Origin: an uncultured beta proteobacterium
GTDB lineage: Bacteria > Pseudomonadota > Gammaproteobacteria > Burkholderiales > Eutrophovitaceae
Reading direction: 5' to 3'
Assembly: GCA_963792855.1 (NCBI GenBank)
Contig: CAWBXZ010000001.1
Location: 154,246-218,245, forward strand
Length of the DNA stretch: 64,000 nt
In this document: positions 1 through 11,280 of the stretch, piece by piece
Position numbering within the stretch: position 1 is the stretch's first letter
Layout: each line of letters opens with the position of its first letter
Made by a program: the position numbers and the translations under genes
The notes under the pieces: model-generated
The model's database searches: none
What the model saw: only the letters and a program-made list of their open reading frames with translations
What the model was told of the DNA's origin: nothing

Positions 1-366
1 CGCGGTCTTCCGTCCGACACCCGGTAGCTGTTCAAGTTCTTCACGCGTTCGGGGTACCTCGCCGTGGTGTTTATCCGTCAGCAACTTGCAGGTTGCGATG
101 ATGTTCTTCGCCTTGTTGCGAAACAGTCCGATCCGCTGGACATACGGCAGCAGTCCGCTTTCACCCAGTTGGAGGATGGCCTGCGGTGTGTTGGCCACCG
201 CAAACAGCTTTTCGGTAGCGAGGTTGACACTCTTGTCCGTTGCCTGTGCCGACAGGATGACTGCAATCAGCAGTTCAAACGGCGACCCATAAACCAGTTC
301 GGTCGTCGGTCGCGGGTTGGCCGCACGTAACCGCTCGAAAATCTCCTCACGTTTCGCCTTGTTCAT
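1..366 (-). CDS. nth: Endonuclease III (3' end runs off the window)
   Basis: Read by hand from ATG at 366: MNKAKREEIFERLRAANPRPTTEL..PFELLIAVILSAQATDKSVN..LPGVGRKTA (HhH motif). It follows rnfB, as is usual. Confidence 0.93.
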   Translation of the reverse strand, partial: MNKAKREEIFERLRAANPRPTTELVYGSPFELLIAVILSAQATDKSVNLATEKLFAVANTPQAILQLGESGLLPYVQRIGLFRNKAKNIIATCKLLTDKHHGEVPRTREELEQLPGVGRKTA

Positions 367-512
367 TTACGCTGGTATTGATTCGGTCTGAAGTCCAGGC
401 ATGGCGAAGCCGGTTGTGTTTGGTGCAGACGCGTCGACCGTTGCATGGCCCTCACGGTTTGCCGCACGCCAGGCGCATAGCATATTCCGCGAGTTCGCTG
501 CGCTTGCCGGCA

Positions 513-1187
513 TCACGCACGCATGCCGCGGCGTGCTCGTGCGCGATTCATTGCTGCGGCAATGGCCGCCGCCTTCCTGCTGGCGCTTGCGGGATCGGAT
601 GACTGGCGCATACCGCCGGAACCGGCGCTGTCCCGTTTACCCAGACGCCGCTCGCGTTCTTCCTGCCGCTGCGCAAGGCGGGCCCGATGTGCCGCGTAGC
701 GCTGACGTGATGCGTCCGCCATGTCTTCAACGCTCACCCCAAGCGCCCGCTTCGCTTCAGTGTGCCCCCGGCTTGCGAGTGCTTCCAGTCCGATCATGTC
801 GATGCAATCGACGGGGCAGGGGGGCAGGCACAGTTCGCAACCGGTGCAATGGGCCGTGAGTACCGTGTGCATCCGCTTGGCAGAGCCCAGAATGGCATCG
901 ACAGGACAGGCCTGAATGCAGAGCGTACAGCCAATGCAGCGGTTCTCGTCGATCAATGCGGTGGTGCGGGGTTGTTGCGTTCCGAAGTCCGTGTTCAGTG
1001 GCACTGCGGTTGTATCCAGCAGGGCCGCAAGGCGCTCGATCGTGGCTTGTCCGCCGGGCGGACACTGATTGATGGGCACTTGTTCGTTGGCTACGGCCGT
1101 CGCGTATGCATGACAATCCGGATAGCCGCAACGCGTGCATTGGGTCTGCGGCAACAGCGCATCAATTGCTTGTGTCAAATCCGGCAT
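513..1187 (-). CDS. rnfB: RnfB/RsxB-type Fe-S protein, stand-alone, without an N-terminal membrane anchor
   Basis: [20 protein letters not shown] plus [16 protein letters not shown] and [16 protein letters not shown]. Start set at ATG 1187 to avoid overlap with the upstream gene. Confidence 0.88.
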   Translation of the reverse strand: MPDLTQAIDALLPQTQCTRCGYPDCHAYATAVANEQVPINQCPPGGQATIERLAALLDTTAVPLNTDFGTQQPRTTALIDENRCIGCTLCIQACPVDAILGSAKRMHTVLTAHCTGCELCLPPCPVDCIDMIGLEALASRGHTEAKRALGVSVEDMADASRQRYAAHRARLAQRQEERERRLGKRDSAGSGGMRQSSDPASASRKAAAIAAAMNRARARRGMRA

Positions 1188-1206
1188 GACGGCGGCGGGC
1201 TCCGAG

Positions 1207-4200
1207 TCAGCTTTTTCGGCTGTCCGGTCGCAAACCGAGCTGCTTGAGACAGCGGTCAAGCCAATGCCCGGTGAGCTTTTCCTGCAGCGAATTCTGTTTC
1301 AGTCGTGCCGCGAGGCCACCGAAGTCGACCTTGTCGAGGGGCTGATCCTGATTGAAGCAGGAGAATACATAAGACCGCTGCCCGGTCTGCGGATCGACAT
1401 GCGGTTGCAGGCACTGCGCGCATATCTCCTTCATCATGCACTGCATTGGCGAGTTGATCGAGCCGATCGCGAAGTGATGCGCCGGCAGATAAGGTGAGAG
1501 TACGCCGTGGCGTGCACTGGCAACCGCTGCCATCATCCGGTCGGAGCCGATTGCGATGATGCGATTGCAATCGCTGAAAGCAATGGGCTGTTCGCCCAAC
1601 TCGCCTTGCGCGTAGGCTCGCATGGCTTCGACCATGTTGCCGACAAATGCCTTGTCGCCGGGCCTTCCCGGTTCGAAGCCGGGTTCCTCGTCGCTGCACC
1701 ACACCACGACATCGGCAGCAGCTTCTATCTCAGCCACCTTGTAACGGTCAATCATGCGCTTGTAACCGGCGAAATAAAGCACTCGCGAACCGGCATTACG
1801 CATCGCGCTGCCGATGGAGAACAGCACCGCGTTACCCAGTCCGCCGCCGGCAAGAACGACGGTTTCGCCGCCGACGATTTCGGTGGGGGTGCCGGTCGGC
1901 CCCATCAGAACCACAGGTTCACCCGGTGTGAGCAAGGCGCACAAATCGGACGAACCGCCCATTTCAAGAACGATGGTCGATACCAGCCCGCGATCCCGAT
2001 CGACCCAGGCACCGGTGAGTGCCAGCCCCTCCATCGCCAGTCGTGTGCCATTGGTGCGAGCGGCCAGCGTTTCGAAATTCTGCAGCCGGTAGAACTGCCC
2101 AGGCTGGAAGCGGCGCGCGGCTTGCGGCGCGAGCAGTACGATCTCGACAATGTTCGGGGTCAGCCTGATGACTTCGTGCACGCTCGCGCGCAGAGCATGG
2201 TTCAGTTTGGCAATGAAAGCCGCATCGGTTCCCCGGAAAGCCGGCTGCACGCGGCCAAGCACTTTGCTCACCACCGGATACCCCTGTTTTGCGCCACCCA
2301 TGGCTTTGACCACGTTGCCGAAAAACGAAGGATGCAAGTCGCCAAAAAAACTGATAAAGCGCCCGTCGCTCTGCCTGGCGAGCAGCACCCGTGCCTGTTC
2401 CGGCTTTGCGGTACGCGCCGGTTGAACTGGTTCGCCATTCTCGTTCACTGCCCGAAAGTAGCGTCCGTCCAGCTGGAAGTTGTCCGGGTCTTCGCGCGCG
2501 GCAACGGTATTGGGCTGGGTGCCGGCGGCTACCAGGATCGACCTCGCAGGCAGCCTCAGCGTTGTTTGCGTTGCATCGCCTGCATCGTCTTGCGTCCGGG
2601 ACACCACGGTGAGGGCGGCCGCGTGGCCAAACGTGTCGACTTCTATGGACAACGGGGTTACCCGTTCCATAAACCGGACGCCTTCCTCGAGCGCTTTCTC
2701 GACTTCTTCATGATTGAGCGTGTACGAAGGGCTGTCGATCAGGCGTTTGCGATACGCGATGGTGACACCGCCCCACGAAGTCAGCAGCTCGGCAATGCGT
2801 GCCGGACGGCTTTCGCGTTCGGCAAGTTCGCGCTCGGCGCGGATGGCGCGCGCGTGCTCCAGGAACTCTTCGCCGATCACGCGTTCCTCTGCGTCCCAGT
2901 TGCCCCGAACCGTTTCCTCGCCGCGCTCTGCGACCAGTGTTTCGTAGCGGGACAGGAACTTCTCGACCTGTAGCGGGTAATACGCGGCCGACTCTGTCGC
3001 CGTGTCGATCGCCGTAAGACCGCCACCGATAACGACAACGGGCAGGCGCAGCTGCATGTTGGCAATGGAGTCGGGCTTCGCTGCGCCTGTCAGTTGCAGT
3101 GCCATCAGAAAGTCGGAAGCAGTGCGCACGCCGCGCGCGAGCGAGTTCGGAATGTCGAGCACGGTGGGTTTGCCGGCACCGGTTGCCAGCACGATATGGT
3201 CGAATCCGCCGTCAAAGGCTTCGGTGACATCCAGTGTTCCGCCGAAACGAACACCGCCAAACAGTGCGAACGCACTTCGCCGTTCCAGCAGCAAGCGGAT
3301 GACCTTGAGGAAATTCTTGTCCCAGCGAACGGTAATGCCATATTCGGCGACCCCGCCGAAACCCGCCATGACTCGCTCGCCAAGCGGTTCGACCAGCGAG
3401 CCGAACTCGCGCACCGGTTCGAAGGCGACCCGCTCGCCGAACGCGTCGACGCCGCTCAGCGCGGGCGGCAGCGGCTCTATCTTGAGGCCGTCGATTCCGA
3501 CGACGGTGTGGCCGTCGTTGAGGAGGTGATGGGCGACGGTGAAGCCGGCAGGGCCCATGCCGGCGATGAGCACCCGCTTGCCGCTCGCTGCGCGCGGCAC
3601 AGGCCGTTCGAGGTCGAGCGGATTCCAGCGCGTGAGCAAGGAGTAGATCTCGAAACCCCAGGGCAATGCCAGAACGTCTTTCAGCGTGCGTGTTTCCACT
3701 TCGGGGATGTTGACCGGATCCTGCTTCTGATAGATGCACGATTTCATGCAGTCATTGCAGATCCGGTGGCCGGTCGCCGCCGCCATCGGATTGTCGACAC
3801 AAATCATCGCAAGCGCGCCGATGGCAGTGCCGTTCGATTTGAGTTTCTGGAATTCGGATATGCGTTCTTCCAGCGGACAGCCGGCCAACTGGACGCCGAA
3901 TACCGTGTCCTTGAACCCGCCGGTCTTGTCTTTCAAGCCCTGGGAGCAGGAGTCTTTGCCCTGTTCGTGGCACCAGATGCAGTAATGCGCCTGATCGAGT
4001 GCACCAAGGAGGTCGGTGCCATGGTCGGTGAGGTCAAAGCCGCTGCGCCGCCGCAGGTGCGACAACCGATGTGAGGTTGCGCCGCCGTCGCTGCACGTAT
4101 CGACCGGGACGAGGTTTTGAAAATCGAGTTTGCGCGGCACCTTGAACAGCACGCCTGCCGCGTGACGCTCGCGACCGGCCGCCGTATGTACCGCCCACGC

Positions 4201-4752
4201 TGCATATCGCATGCCCGTATCCAGATGCGTCGCGAATGCTTCGGCGTCCTCCAGCCACTTCTCCACCTGGCGCGCAAAACCCAGTTCCGAATACGGTTCG
4301 CACATGAGTTCAACCAGCGCTGCCTCGAGTTGCGTGCCGTCAAACGTCTCGGCTTCAAGCGCCTTGTATTTTGTGATCGCTTTTCGCTGGACGAACTGGC
4401 GTTTGATCTTGTAGAGAGGGGCCAATGCATCGTGGGCGGCCGAGAGGGCGTTGACTTCGCCTTCGATCGCGAACAACTTTGCGAGGAAGTCGTCAAGGTG
4501 TTCCGCGACTTCGATCAGAAGCTGTGATTGTGCCTTCCGCTCGGGAGGGGCGCTTTCTTCTCGCGCACCGATCAGGCGTTGCGCCAGCTCCGGGTCCGCA
4601 CGCTCGAGGAACTCGAGGAAACATTGGTCGAGCCGCTTCAAGCCATCACGATCGTAGAGGTCCTCAAACCGGAAACCGAAGCCAGGCGTGAATTGTTCCG
4701 CGTGGCCGGATGTCAATGGTTGGTCGCGATGCGTATTGTCGTCCATGGTCAT
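1207..4752 (-). CDS. 1181-aa Fe-S flavoprotein: GltD/NfnB-like module fused to a PyrK/NfnA-like (FNR + 2Fe-2S) module
   Basis: CIWC..C..GCP and [12 protein letters not shown] Fe-S motifs; GMGPAG and GGGLTAID dinucleotide motifs; C-terminal [32 protein letters not shown]. Confidence 0.8.
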   Translation of the reverse strand: MTMDDNTHRDQPLTSGHAEQFTPGFGFRFEDLYDRDGLKRLDQCFLEFLERADPELAQRLIGAREESAPPERKAQSQLLIEVAEHLDDFLAKLFAIEGEVNALSAAHDALAPLYKIKRQFVQRKAITKYKALEAETFDGTQLEAALVELMCEPYSELGFARQVEKWLEDAEAFATHLDTGMRYAAWAVHTAAGRERHAAGVLFKVPRKLDFQNLVPVDTCSDGGATSHRLSHLRRRSGFDLTDHGTDLLGALDQAHYCIWCHEQGKDSCSQGLKDKTGGFKDTVFGVQLAGCPLEERISEFQKLKSNGTAIGALAMICVDNPMAAATGHRICNDCMKSCIYQKQDPVNIPEVETRTLKDVLALPWGFEIYSLLTRWNPLDLERPVPRAASGKRVLIAGMGPAGFTVAHHLLNDGHTVVGIDGLKIEPLPPALSGVDAFGERVAFEPVREFGSLVEPLGERVMAGFGGVAEYGITVRWDKNFLKVIRLLLERRSAFALFGGVRFGGTLDVTEAFDGGFDHIVLATGAGKPTVLDIPNSLARGVRTASDFLMALQLTGAAKPDSIANMQLRLPVVVIGGGLTAIDTATESAAYYPLQVEKFLSRYETLVAERGEETVRGNWDAEERVIGEEFLEHARAIRAERELAERESRPARIAELLTSWGGVTIAYRKRLIDSPSYTLNHEEVEKALEEGVRFMERVTPLSIEVDTFGHAAALTVVSRTQDDAGDATQTTLRLPARSILVAAGTQPNTVAAREDPDNFQLDGRYFRAVNENGEPVQPARTAKPEQARVLLARQSDGRFISFFGDLHPSFFGNVVKAMGGAKQGYPVVSKVLGRVQPAFRGTDAAFIAKLNHALRASVHEVIRLTPNIVEIVLLAPQAARRFQPGQFYRLQNFETLAARTNGTRLAMEGLALTGAWVDRDRGLVSTIVLEMGGSSDLCALLTPGEPVVLMGPTGTPTEIVGGETVVLAGGGLGNAVLFSIGSAMRNAGSRVLYFAGYKRMIDRYKVAEIEAAADVVVWCSDEEPGFEPGRPGDKAFVGNMVEAMRAYAQGELGEQPIAFSDCNRIIAIGSDRMMAAVASARHGVLSPYLPAHHFAIGSINSPMQCMMKEICAQCLQPHVDPQTGQRSYVFSCFNQDQPLDKVDFGGLAARLKQNSLQEKLTGHWLDRCLKQLGLRPDSRKS

Positions 4753-4809
4753 GCGGCCCCTGGATTCACCCCTGATTTGGTCCAGCCCTGAAAAAGGGCG
4801 CGAATTATA

Positions 4810-5851
4810 TCAGCCGTCATTCTGCGTGCCGGCGCGCAGCGCGCGTGCACATTCGCCCACGAGTTGCGGGCCGCGATATATCAGCCCGGTATAAAGCTGT
4901 ACCAGCGAGGCGCCCGCAGCGATTTTCTCGGCCGCATCGGCACCACGCATGATGCCTCCTGCAGCGATGATCGGCAGTTCTCCGGCGAGCGCCTCGGACA
5001 ACCACTGGACAATCCGGGTGGCGCGTTCGCGTAACGGAGCACCGCTCAGGCCGCCGGCCTGATCAGCGAACTGCAGGTGTTCGACCCCTGCCCGGGAGAT
5101 CGTGGTATTGGTGGCAATGATCGCGTCCATTTCGTGGCGACAGGCGGTTTCAGCGGCGAACCGGACATCGGGCTTGTCAAGATCGGGTGAGATCTTGATG
5201 GCGATAGGCACCCGCCGGCCGTGCCGGTCGCTGAGTGCCTTGCGTTCGAGCGCGAGACCCGACAACAAATCTCTCGAGTGCCGGACCTTCCTGCAGGCTG
5301 CGCAAATTCTGCGTGTTCGGCGATGAAATGTTGATTGTGATGTAGCTGGCACAGGCGTACACGCTGCGCAGGCAATGCAGATAGTCGTCGAGTGCGCGCT
5401 CGATTGGCGTATCGAAGTTCTTCCCGATATTGATTCCGAGGATGCCTTCGTAGTGCGAAGCGTGAACATTTGACACGAACGTGTCCACGCCCAGATTGTT
5501 GAAACCCATCCGGTTGATCAGCGCCCGGGCAGGGCGAATGCGAAACATGCGTTTCGGCGGGTTTCCAGGCTGCGCACGTGGCGTCACGGTGCCAACCTCG
5601 AGAAATCCAAAACCAAGTTGCGACAAGGCATCGATATGGGCGGCGTTCTTGTCCAGTCCGGCTGCGAGCCCGACCGGGTTGGGGAAGGTCAGCCCCATGA
5701 CTTGTCTGGGTGCGTGCACTGCGGGACCAGCGAGCACGCGGGCGATTCCAAGCTGCGCGGCGAAATCGAGTGTCCCCAGCACGAGCTCGTGGGCGCGTTC
5801 CGGGTCCAGTGAGAAGAGCAGGGGCCTCGCTAGCGAGTACAACACAGGCAT
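4810..5851 (-). CDS. pyrD: Quinone-dependent dihydroorotate dehydrogenase, split by a +1 frameshift near 5272 (probable sequence error)
   Basis: One frame has [19 protein letters not shown] and NISSPNT. The other has IKISPDL, ATNTT, GGLSG and ASLVQLYTG. The junction reads CTC GAG A GAT TTG. Confidence 0.9.
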
Positions 5852-5894
5852 GCGCCTTGCAGCATGGCGCTGCGTACTGGCCGGGAGCCGGAAA

Positions 5895-6641
5895 TCACGC
5901 CTCGGGCGCCGTGGCCTGACGCGAAAGTCTCTGCCATTGACCGTCGATCAGTCCTTCGATGGGCTGGAACAGGACTTTGTAGGCCATCTTCGGACTTTGG
6001 GCGATCCAGTATCCAAGATACAGGTACGGCAGGCCCAGTCGCTTGCAGAGATCGACCTGCCAGCAGACATTGAACGTTCCGTAACTGGCGCGAGCCACTT
6101 CCGGGTCGAAGAACGTGTAGACCGATGAGAGTCCGTCATCCAGCCGGTCGACGATGCTTACCATGCGCAGCCTGCCGCCCTCACGAAACTCGACCAGGCT
6201 CGAGCGGACATTGCTCTGTAACAGAAAGTGACGGTATTGCTCGCGGCTGTCGTGATCCATGCCCCCGCCGCTATGACGATGTGCCTGGTAGCGCAAGTAC
6301 AGTGCGTAGTGCTCGGGGTGGTACTTGAGCTCGAGCATGTGTGCCTCAAGGGCGCTGTGGCGTCTGGCCGCGCGTCGTTGCGACCGGCTTGGCGAGAAGT
6401 CTGCGGTTGCGATGCGCACCGGCACGCAAGCACGGCAGCGGTCGCAGTAAGGGCGATAGGTGAACGCGCCGCTGCGGCGAAAGCCGACTTTGACGAGATC
6501 CGCGTAGACCTGGCTGTCGATCGCGTGACTGGGCGTGGCCACTTGCGAGCGCGCCAACCGGTCGGGGAGATAACTGCACGGGTACGGCGCCGTCGCATAG
6601 AACTGCAGCACCGAGAAAGGCAGGTCATTCAACTGAGTCAT
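5895..6641 (-). CDS. bpt: Arginyl-tRNA-protein transferase family / Asp-Glu leucyltransferase Bpt
   Basis: [43 protein letters not shown]; adjacent to aat. Confidence 0.9.
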   Translation of the reverse strand: MTQLNDLPFSVLQFYATAPYPCSYLPDRLARSQVATPSHAIDSQVYADLVKVGFRRSGAFTYRPYCDRCRACVPVRIATADFSPSRSQRRAARRHSALEAHMLELKYHPEHYALYLRYQAHRHSGGGMDHDSREQYRHFLLQSNVRSSLVEFREGGRLRMVSIVDRLDDGLSSVYTFFDPEVARASYGTFNVCWQVDLCKRLGLPYLYLGYWIAQSPKMAYKVLFQPIEGLIDGQWQRLSRQATAPEA

Positions 6642-6804
6642 GGTTTCGGCTTGATTTGAACGTTGTCTTCCCGTGGCCAGTTACGCCAGCCATCACGCCG
6701 GCCGGCACATATTACACACGTGCGCACGGTGCGGTCTTGTCCTGATTGATTTCTTCGACGCTTCAATGTTCCCGACAATGCCTGTAGTCCGGTTCGACCG
6801 GGTT

Positions 6805-7500
6805 TCAGTCGACCCGGGTTTTGATCACCCACGGTGCTGGCACCGAGACATAGTCTACCAATTCACTCAGTTTCTGTGCGAAACGGGCTCGAGGGATTTC
6901 CCGCGCACCGAATGTCGCGAGATGTTGCGTTCGCATCTGACAGTCGATAATGCCGAAGCCCCGGTCACGAAGATGTCGCACGAGCGCGACGAAAGCGATT
7001 TTCGATGCGTTGCTTACGCGAGTAAACATCGATTCTCCGAAGAAAGCGTGACCGATAGCGACTCCGTACAAGCCGCCGGCGAGTTTTCCGTCGATCCATG
7101 TCTCGATCGAGTGCGCATGACCCGCCCGATGCAAATCGACGTAGGCGGCGCACATTTCTTCTGTAATCCAGGTGCCCGTTTCGCCGCTCCGCGGTTCCCG
7201 GCAAGCCGTGATGACTTGCGCGAAAGCGCGGTCGGCTGTGACCTCGTAAGGCGCCGTGCGCAGTGTCTTGCGCAAAGAGCGGCCGACGTGGAGTTCCGCC
7301 GGAAACAGTACCATGCGCGGGTCCGGGCTCCACCAAAGAATCGGGTCTTTGTCACCAAACCAGGGGAAGATGCCCAGGCGATAGGCCCGAAGCAGCGTTT
7401 GCACAGTGAGATCGCCGCCTGCGGCGAGCAATCCGTTCGGTTCACGTAGTGCCTGCGTCAGCGGTGGAAAAATATCTCCGGGTCGAAGCCAGGGAATCAC
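6805..7500 (-). CDS. aat: Leucyl/phenylalanyl-tRNA-protein transferase
   Basis: [49 protein letters not shown]. Confidence 0.95.
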   Translation of the reverse strand: MIPWLRPGDIFPPLTQALREPNGLLAAGGDLTVQTLLRAYRLGIFPWFGDKDPILWWSPDPRMVLFPAELHVGRSLRKTLRTAPYEVTADRAFAQVITACREPRSGETGTWITEEMCAAYVDLHRAGHAHSIETWIDGKLAGGLYGVAIGHAFFGESMFTRVSNASKIAFVALVRHLRDRGFGIIDCQMRTQHLATFGAREIPRARFAQKLSELVDYVSVPAPWVIKTRVD

Positions 7501-7533
7501 GCGAATGGCCGCTTCACAGGGCAGCGTCGAAGG

Positions 7534-8076
7534 TCAGAAAAATTTGTCGGGGTTCTTGCTGATCAGTCCGCATGCAATCCGTGACCCTGCATTGCCACTG
7601 GGTTGGGTGGTCAGGTCGTCTGCTTTTGCATGCACGATCACAGAGCGCCCGATGATGCTGTCACTGCCGGTTCCCAGGCTGATTCCGGTCACCGTGATCG
7701 ATGACTGCGCCGAACCGTTCACGTCAGACCGGACATTTCCGAGATCACCGGCATGTCGCATTGCACTTTCCGGCCCGCCGTGCTCGCTGTCCTGCGGATT
7801 GAAGTGACCACCGGCACTGCTCGCATCAGGCGCACGGCAATCGCCAATTTCATGAATGTGCAAGCCGTGGCTGGCATTTGGCGTCAGTCCTTCGATGCGG
7901 ATACGCACCCGCATCTGATCGCCGTCCTGCTGGAACTCAACGACTCCGCTCGCCGTATTTCCTTCCGTCGGCGCAAGCATCGCGATGGCTGTTGGATCGG
8001 GCTGCAATGCCGTGTTGACACTGCTACACGCCGTTAGCACGGCACAAACCCCGACTACCAGCCATCTGCGAAACAT
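7534..8076 (-). CDS. sodC: Cu/Zn superoxide dismutase, lipoprotein
   Basis: Lipobox LTAC; HGLHIHE, SAGGHFNP, HAGDLGN, GRSVIVH, GNAGSRIACG. Confidence 0.93.
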   Translation of the reverse strand: MFRRWLVVGVCAVLTACSSVNTALQPDPTAIAMLAPTEGNTASGVVEFQQDGDQMRVRIRIEGLTPNASHGLHIHEIGDCRAPDASSAGGHFNPQDSEHGGPESAMRHAGDLGNVRSDVNGSAQSSITVTGISLGTGSDSIIGRSVIVHAKADDLTTQPSGNAGSRIACGLISKNPDKFF

Positions 8077-8369
8077 CGTTGCTGCTCTCCCGTTACCACG
8101 CCCCATGGTGACGCAGTATCATACTTTCAACTTGTTCTTCCTTTTAGCATTGCGGTATCTGCAGTGTCAACGCGCATGGCGCCTGCGAGTCGAGCGCGTG
8201 TCACGAAGCTGAAGGGGGGGACGCAGGGCGAAAAATAAAGGGGCGTCGACACACCTGACGGATGTGATGGCTGGAGTCCCGCCTCCGGAGAAAAACGTGC
8301 ACGGACCTGAACCAGTAAACAAGAGCCAGGGATTGACAACGATGAACCAAAAGCGGTGGGAGGCGACCG

Positions 8370-8939
8370 GTGAGAACGCACGGTGAGCTCGTTCCTTCGG
8401 CGTGGGTGAAAAGGTGGATGGGGCTGCTGGCTCCGGACAGCAGTGTGCTGGACCTTGCCTGTGGATCTGGACGGCATACGCGCCTGGCGGTCGACCACGG
8501 GCACCGGGTGGTGGCGGTGGATCGCAATCAGGAAGCGCTCCCGGCGCTGGCAAGGCTCCCGAAGGTCTCCGTTCTGGCTGCTGACATCGAAGCGTGCGAA
8601 TGGCCGTTGGCGGGGCGCAGCTTCGATGCGGTCATCGTCACCAATTATCTGCACCGCCCGTTGTTTCCAGCGTTGCTTGACGCCGTTTGCGCCTCCGGCC
8701 TGCTGATCTACGAGACGTTTGCGGCCGGCAACGAGCGTTTCGGACGGCCCTCGAATCCGGATTTCCTGCTGCATGCGGGCGAATTGCTCGACCTCGTGCG
8801 GCCGGCATTGCGCGTACTGGCGTACGAGGATGTTTACCAGGACGAGCCAAAGCCGGCCATGGTGCAGCGCATCTGCGCTGCCGGCGGGAAGTTCGTCTGG
8901 CCGCAAACAACTGGCGAGGTGCGCCAGCGAATCGGGTAG
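8370..8939 (+). CDS. Class I SAM-dependent methyltransferase
   Basis: VLDLACGSGRH, FDAVIVTNYLHR, YETF, GRPSNPDFLL; lies directly upstream of dapA. Confidence 0.85.
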   Translation: MRTHGELVPSAWVKRWMGLLAPDSSVLDLACGSGRHTRLAVDHGHRVVAVDRNQEALPALARLPKVSVLAADIEACEWPLAGRSFDAVIVTNYLHRPLFPALLDAVCASGLLIYETFAAGNERFGRPSNPDFLLHAGELLDLVRPALRVLAYEDVYQDEPKPAMVQRICAAGGKFVWPQTTGEVRQRIG

Positions 8940-8975
8940 AATTTCGCCATCAATCAATTCAGGAGCGCTCTTGCC

Positions 8976-9875
8976 ATGCTTACTGGCAGCATCGTCGCAA
9001 TCGTCACACCGATGCATGAGGACGGCAGCCTCGATCTCGAGCGTTTCGGCCAGTTGGTGGACTGGCACATAGCGCAGGGGACGCAGGGCATTGTCGTTGT
9101 CGGTACCACCGGCGAGTCGCCCACTGTCGACTTCGACGATCATTGCCTGCTGATCAACACGGCGGTCGAGCGGGCGGCGGGACGAATTCCCGTGATCGCC
9201 GGCACCGGCGCGAATTCAACGTCGGAAGCCATCGAACTCGCCGGTTTTGCAAAGACCGCCGGCGCCGAAATGAGCCTGACCGTTGTGCCTTACTACAACA
9301 AGCCCACCCAGGAAGGCCTGTATCGCCACTTCCGCGCCATTGCAGAAGCCGTCGATATGCCGCACATTCTTTACAACGTGCCGGGCCGCACCGTTGCAGA
9401 CCTGCACAACGACACGACCATGCGGCTGGCGCAGATACCCAATATCGTCGGTATCAAGGATGCGACCGCCAGTGTTGAACGCGGTGCCGATCTGATCAGG
9501 CGTGCCCCGGCGGATTTCGCAATCTACAGCGGCGATGATGCGAGCAGTATGGCGCTGATGATGATGGGCGGACATGGTGTAATTTCGGTCACTGCAAACG
9601 TAGCGCCGGCCCTGATGCAGGAAGTCTGCGCGTCGGTGCTGGCGGGAGATTTTCAGCGGGCAAGGGCGGTGAACAACCGATTGCTGGCTTTGCATACCCA
9701 TCTTTTCGTCGAAGCCAATCCGATTACCGTGAAGTGGGTCCTTCTTGAGATGGGCAAGATCGGCCCGGGTATCCGCTTGCCGCTCACGCCGCTTTCATCA
9801 TCGTTCCACGACTTGCTGCGCGGTGCGATGCAGCAGGCTGGTATTTCAGTCCAGAGTGCCAAGGTGCGCCAATGA
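8976..9875 (+). CDS. dapA: 4-hydroxy-tetrahydrodipicolinate synthase
   Basis: [31 protein letters not shown]. Confidence 0.96.
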   Translation: MLTGSIVAIVTPMHEDGSLDLERFGQLVDWHIAQGTQGIVVVGTTGESPTVDFDDHCLLINTAVERAAGRIPVIAGTGANSTSEAIELAGFAKTAGAEMSLTVVPYYNKPTQEGLYRHFRAIAEAVDMPHILYNVPGRTVADLHNDTTMRLAQIPNIVGIKDATASVERGADLIRRAPADFAIYSGDDASSMALMMMGGHGVISVTANVAPALMQEVCASVLAGDFQRARAVNNRLLALHTHLFVEANPITVKWVLLEMGKIGPGIRLPLTPLSSSFHDLLRGAMQQAGISVQSAKVRQ

Positions 9876-9940
9876 GCGCACCCACGAAACAAGGTGCGCC
9901 AATGAGCGCACCCACGAAACAAGGTGCACCAATGAGCGCC
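9860..9940. repeat. About 2.7 tandem copies of a 30-bp palindromic, REP-like unit
   Basis: CAAGGTGCGCCAATGAGCGCACCCACGAAA at 9860 and 9890 (identical), with a degenerate third copy at 9920. The stem is GGTGCGC-CAATGA-GCGCACC. Confidence 0.9.
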
Positions 9941-10122
9941 CCGTTTCATTCGGCGGGCCAATGAGTCAACCGGCAGGTGCATCAAAACGTACGTCGGTAA
10001 CAGACGGCAGGTACCCGCTTGCCAGATTTCGGGTTGAAATTTGCGGCAACTAAAGCGCTGTTTCCGTTGTCGTACGCCCGCGACTCTGGTTCCGATTTTG
10101 TATATCCATTGCTGATTCAACA

Positions 10123-11244
10123 ATGAAATTGCCTGGCCTTATCGTGTCCGTCATTGTGGCGGCAGTTTTTGTTACCGGCTGTTCCAGCCTGTCCGATCGC
10201 AACAAGGTCGATTACCGGTCGGCCAAGCGTCTGCCACCGCTTGATGTGCCTCCCGATCTGGTCGTGCCGCGTGCCAGTGAGCGTTACGATTTGCCCGGCC
10301 AGGAAGGGGCTACGTACTCGGATTACACACGGGAGCGCGCCGATGCCGGCCAGATTTCCCAGGAAGCGGTCTTGCCTGACGAAGAAGGCATGCGGGTCGA
10401 GCGCCTCGGCACTTATCGCTGGCTGGTGGTGGAGATGGACCCTGCAGAGCTCTGGCAGCCGCTGCGCGAGTTCTGGCAGGAAACGGGCTTTCTGATTGCT
10501 GTCGACGACCCCAACGCAGGCCTGATGGAAACGGACTGGGCAGAAAATCGCGCGAGAAACAGCGACTCATGGTTTGGCAGAACCTTCGGTTCTTTCGGGG
10601 TCGTGACGTCCCTGAACGAGCGAGACAAGTTCCGCACGCGGGTGGAACGCGGCGATGCGTCGGGGACGACCGAAATCTTCATCAGCCATCGGGGCCTCGC
10701 GCAACAGCAACAACGGCAGCAACTGCAAACGAGCAGTACCGTGCCGCAAAAAGGCTACTGGCAGGTAAGGCCTCGTGATCCGGATCTCGAGGCGGAGATG
10801 CTGTATCGGCTGATGGCAAAACTCGGAGGCACGAAGGAACAGGTCGAACAGGCGAAGGCAGTGCCCGAGCCAGCGCCGCGAGCCGCGCTGGCAAGCGGTG
10901 AGGACAAGCTCGAGTATCTGGAATTGCAGGATACGTTTGACAAGGCGTGGCGGCGAGTCGGGCTGGCGCTCGATTACATCGGATTTACCGTAGAGGATCG
11001 GAACCGGGCCGAAGGTGTCTATTTCGTTCGTTATAACGATCCCGACGCGACTGTCGAGCAGGAAGGCCTGGCAAAGTTGGCATTCTGGCGCGACGACGAA
11101 CCGGTTAACCGCAAGTATCAGATCAGAGTCACCGGCCAGGAGGCCGGTGGCAGCGAAGTGCAGGTGCTCGACGAATCCGGCGCGGTTCTGGCAACGCCTA
11201 CTTCGAGTCGCATACTTGCGTTGCTGCGCGACCAGCTGAAGTAG
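10123..11244 (+). CDS. bamC: Outer membrane assembly lipoprotein BamC
   Basis: Lipobox VTGC; LDVPPDL, METDWAENRA, DKFRTRVER, AWRRVGLALD..GFTVEDRNR; follows dapA. Confidence 0.9.
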   Translation: MKLPGLIVSVIVAAVFVTGCSSLSDRNKVDYRSAKRLPPLDVPPDLVVPRASERYDLPGQEGATYSDYTRERADAGQISQEAVLPDEEGMRVERLGTYRWLVVEMDPAELWQPLREFWQETGFLIAVDDPNAGLMETDWAENRARNSDSWFGRTFGSFGVVTSLNERDKFRTRVERGDASGTTEIFISHRGLAQQQQRQQLQTSSTVPQKGYWQVRPRDPDLEAEMLYRLMAKLGGTKEQVEQAKAVPEPAPRAALASGEDKLEYLELQDTFDKAWRRVGLALDYIGFTVEDRNRAEGVYFVRYNDPDATVEQEGLAKLAFWRDDEPVNRKYQIRVTGQEAGGSEVQVLDESGAVLATPTSSRILALLRDQLK

Positions 11245-11280
11245 CCGACTTGCGAAACGCGACAGCGATCGACCCCGTGC

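Noticed and set aside
1507-2973. Long antisense ORFs (also 35751-37154, 42920-44173, 51179-52381, 53110-54330)
   Set aside because: They mirror well-supported genes on the other strand and lack motifs, as expected from high-GC codon bias.
4810-5851. Programmed frameshifting or true pseudogenisation of pyrD
   Set aside because: There is no slippery heptamer or further decay, pyrF is intact, and similar single insertions occur in two other genes.
9860-9940. CRISPR array
   Set aside because: The 30-bp palindromic units are head-to-tail with no unique spacers, and there are no cas genes.
10700-10730. Gln-rich tract in BamC as a phase-variable repeat
   Set aside because: It uses mixed CAA/CAG/CGG codons and is in frame; probably just a flexible loop.
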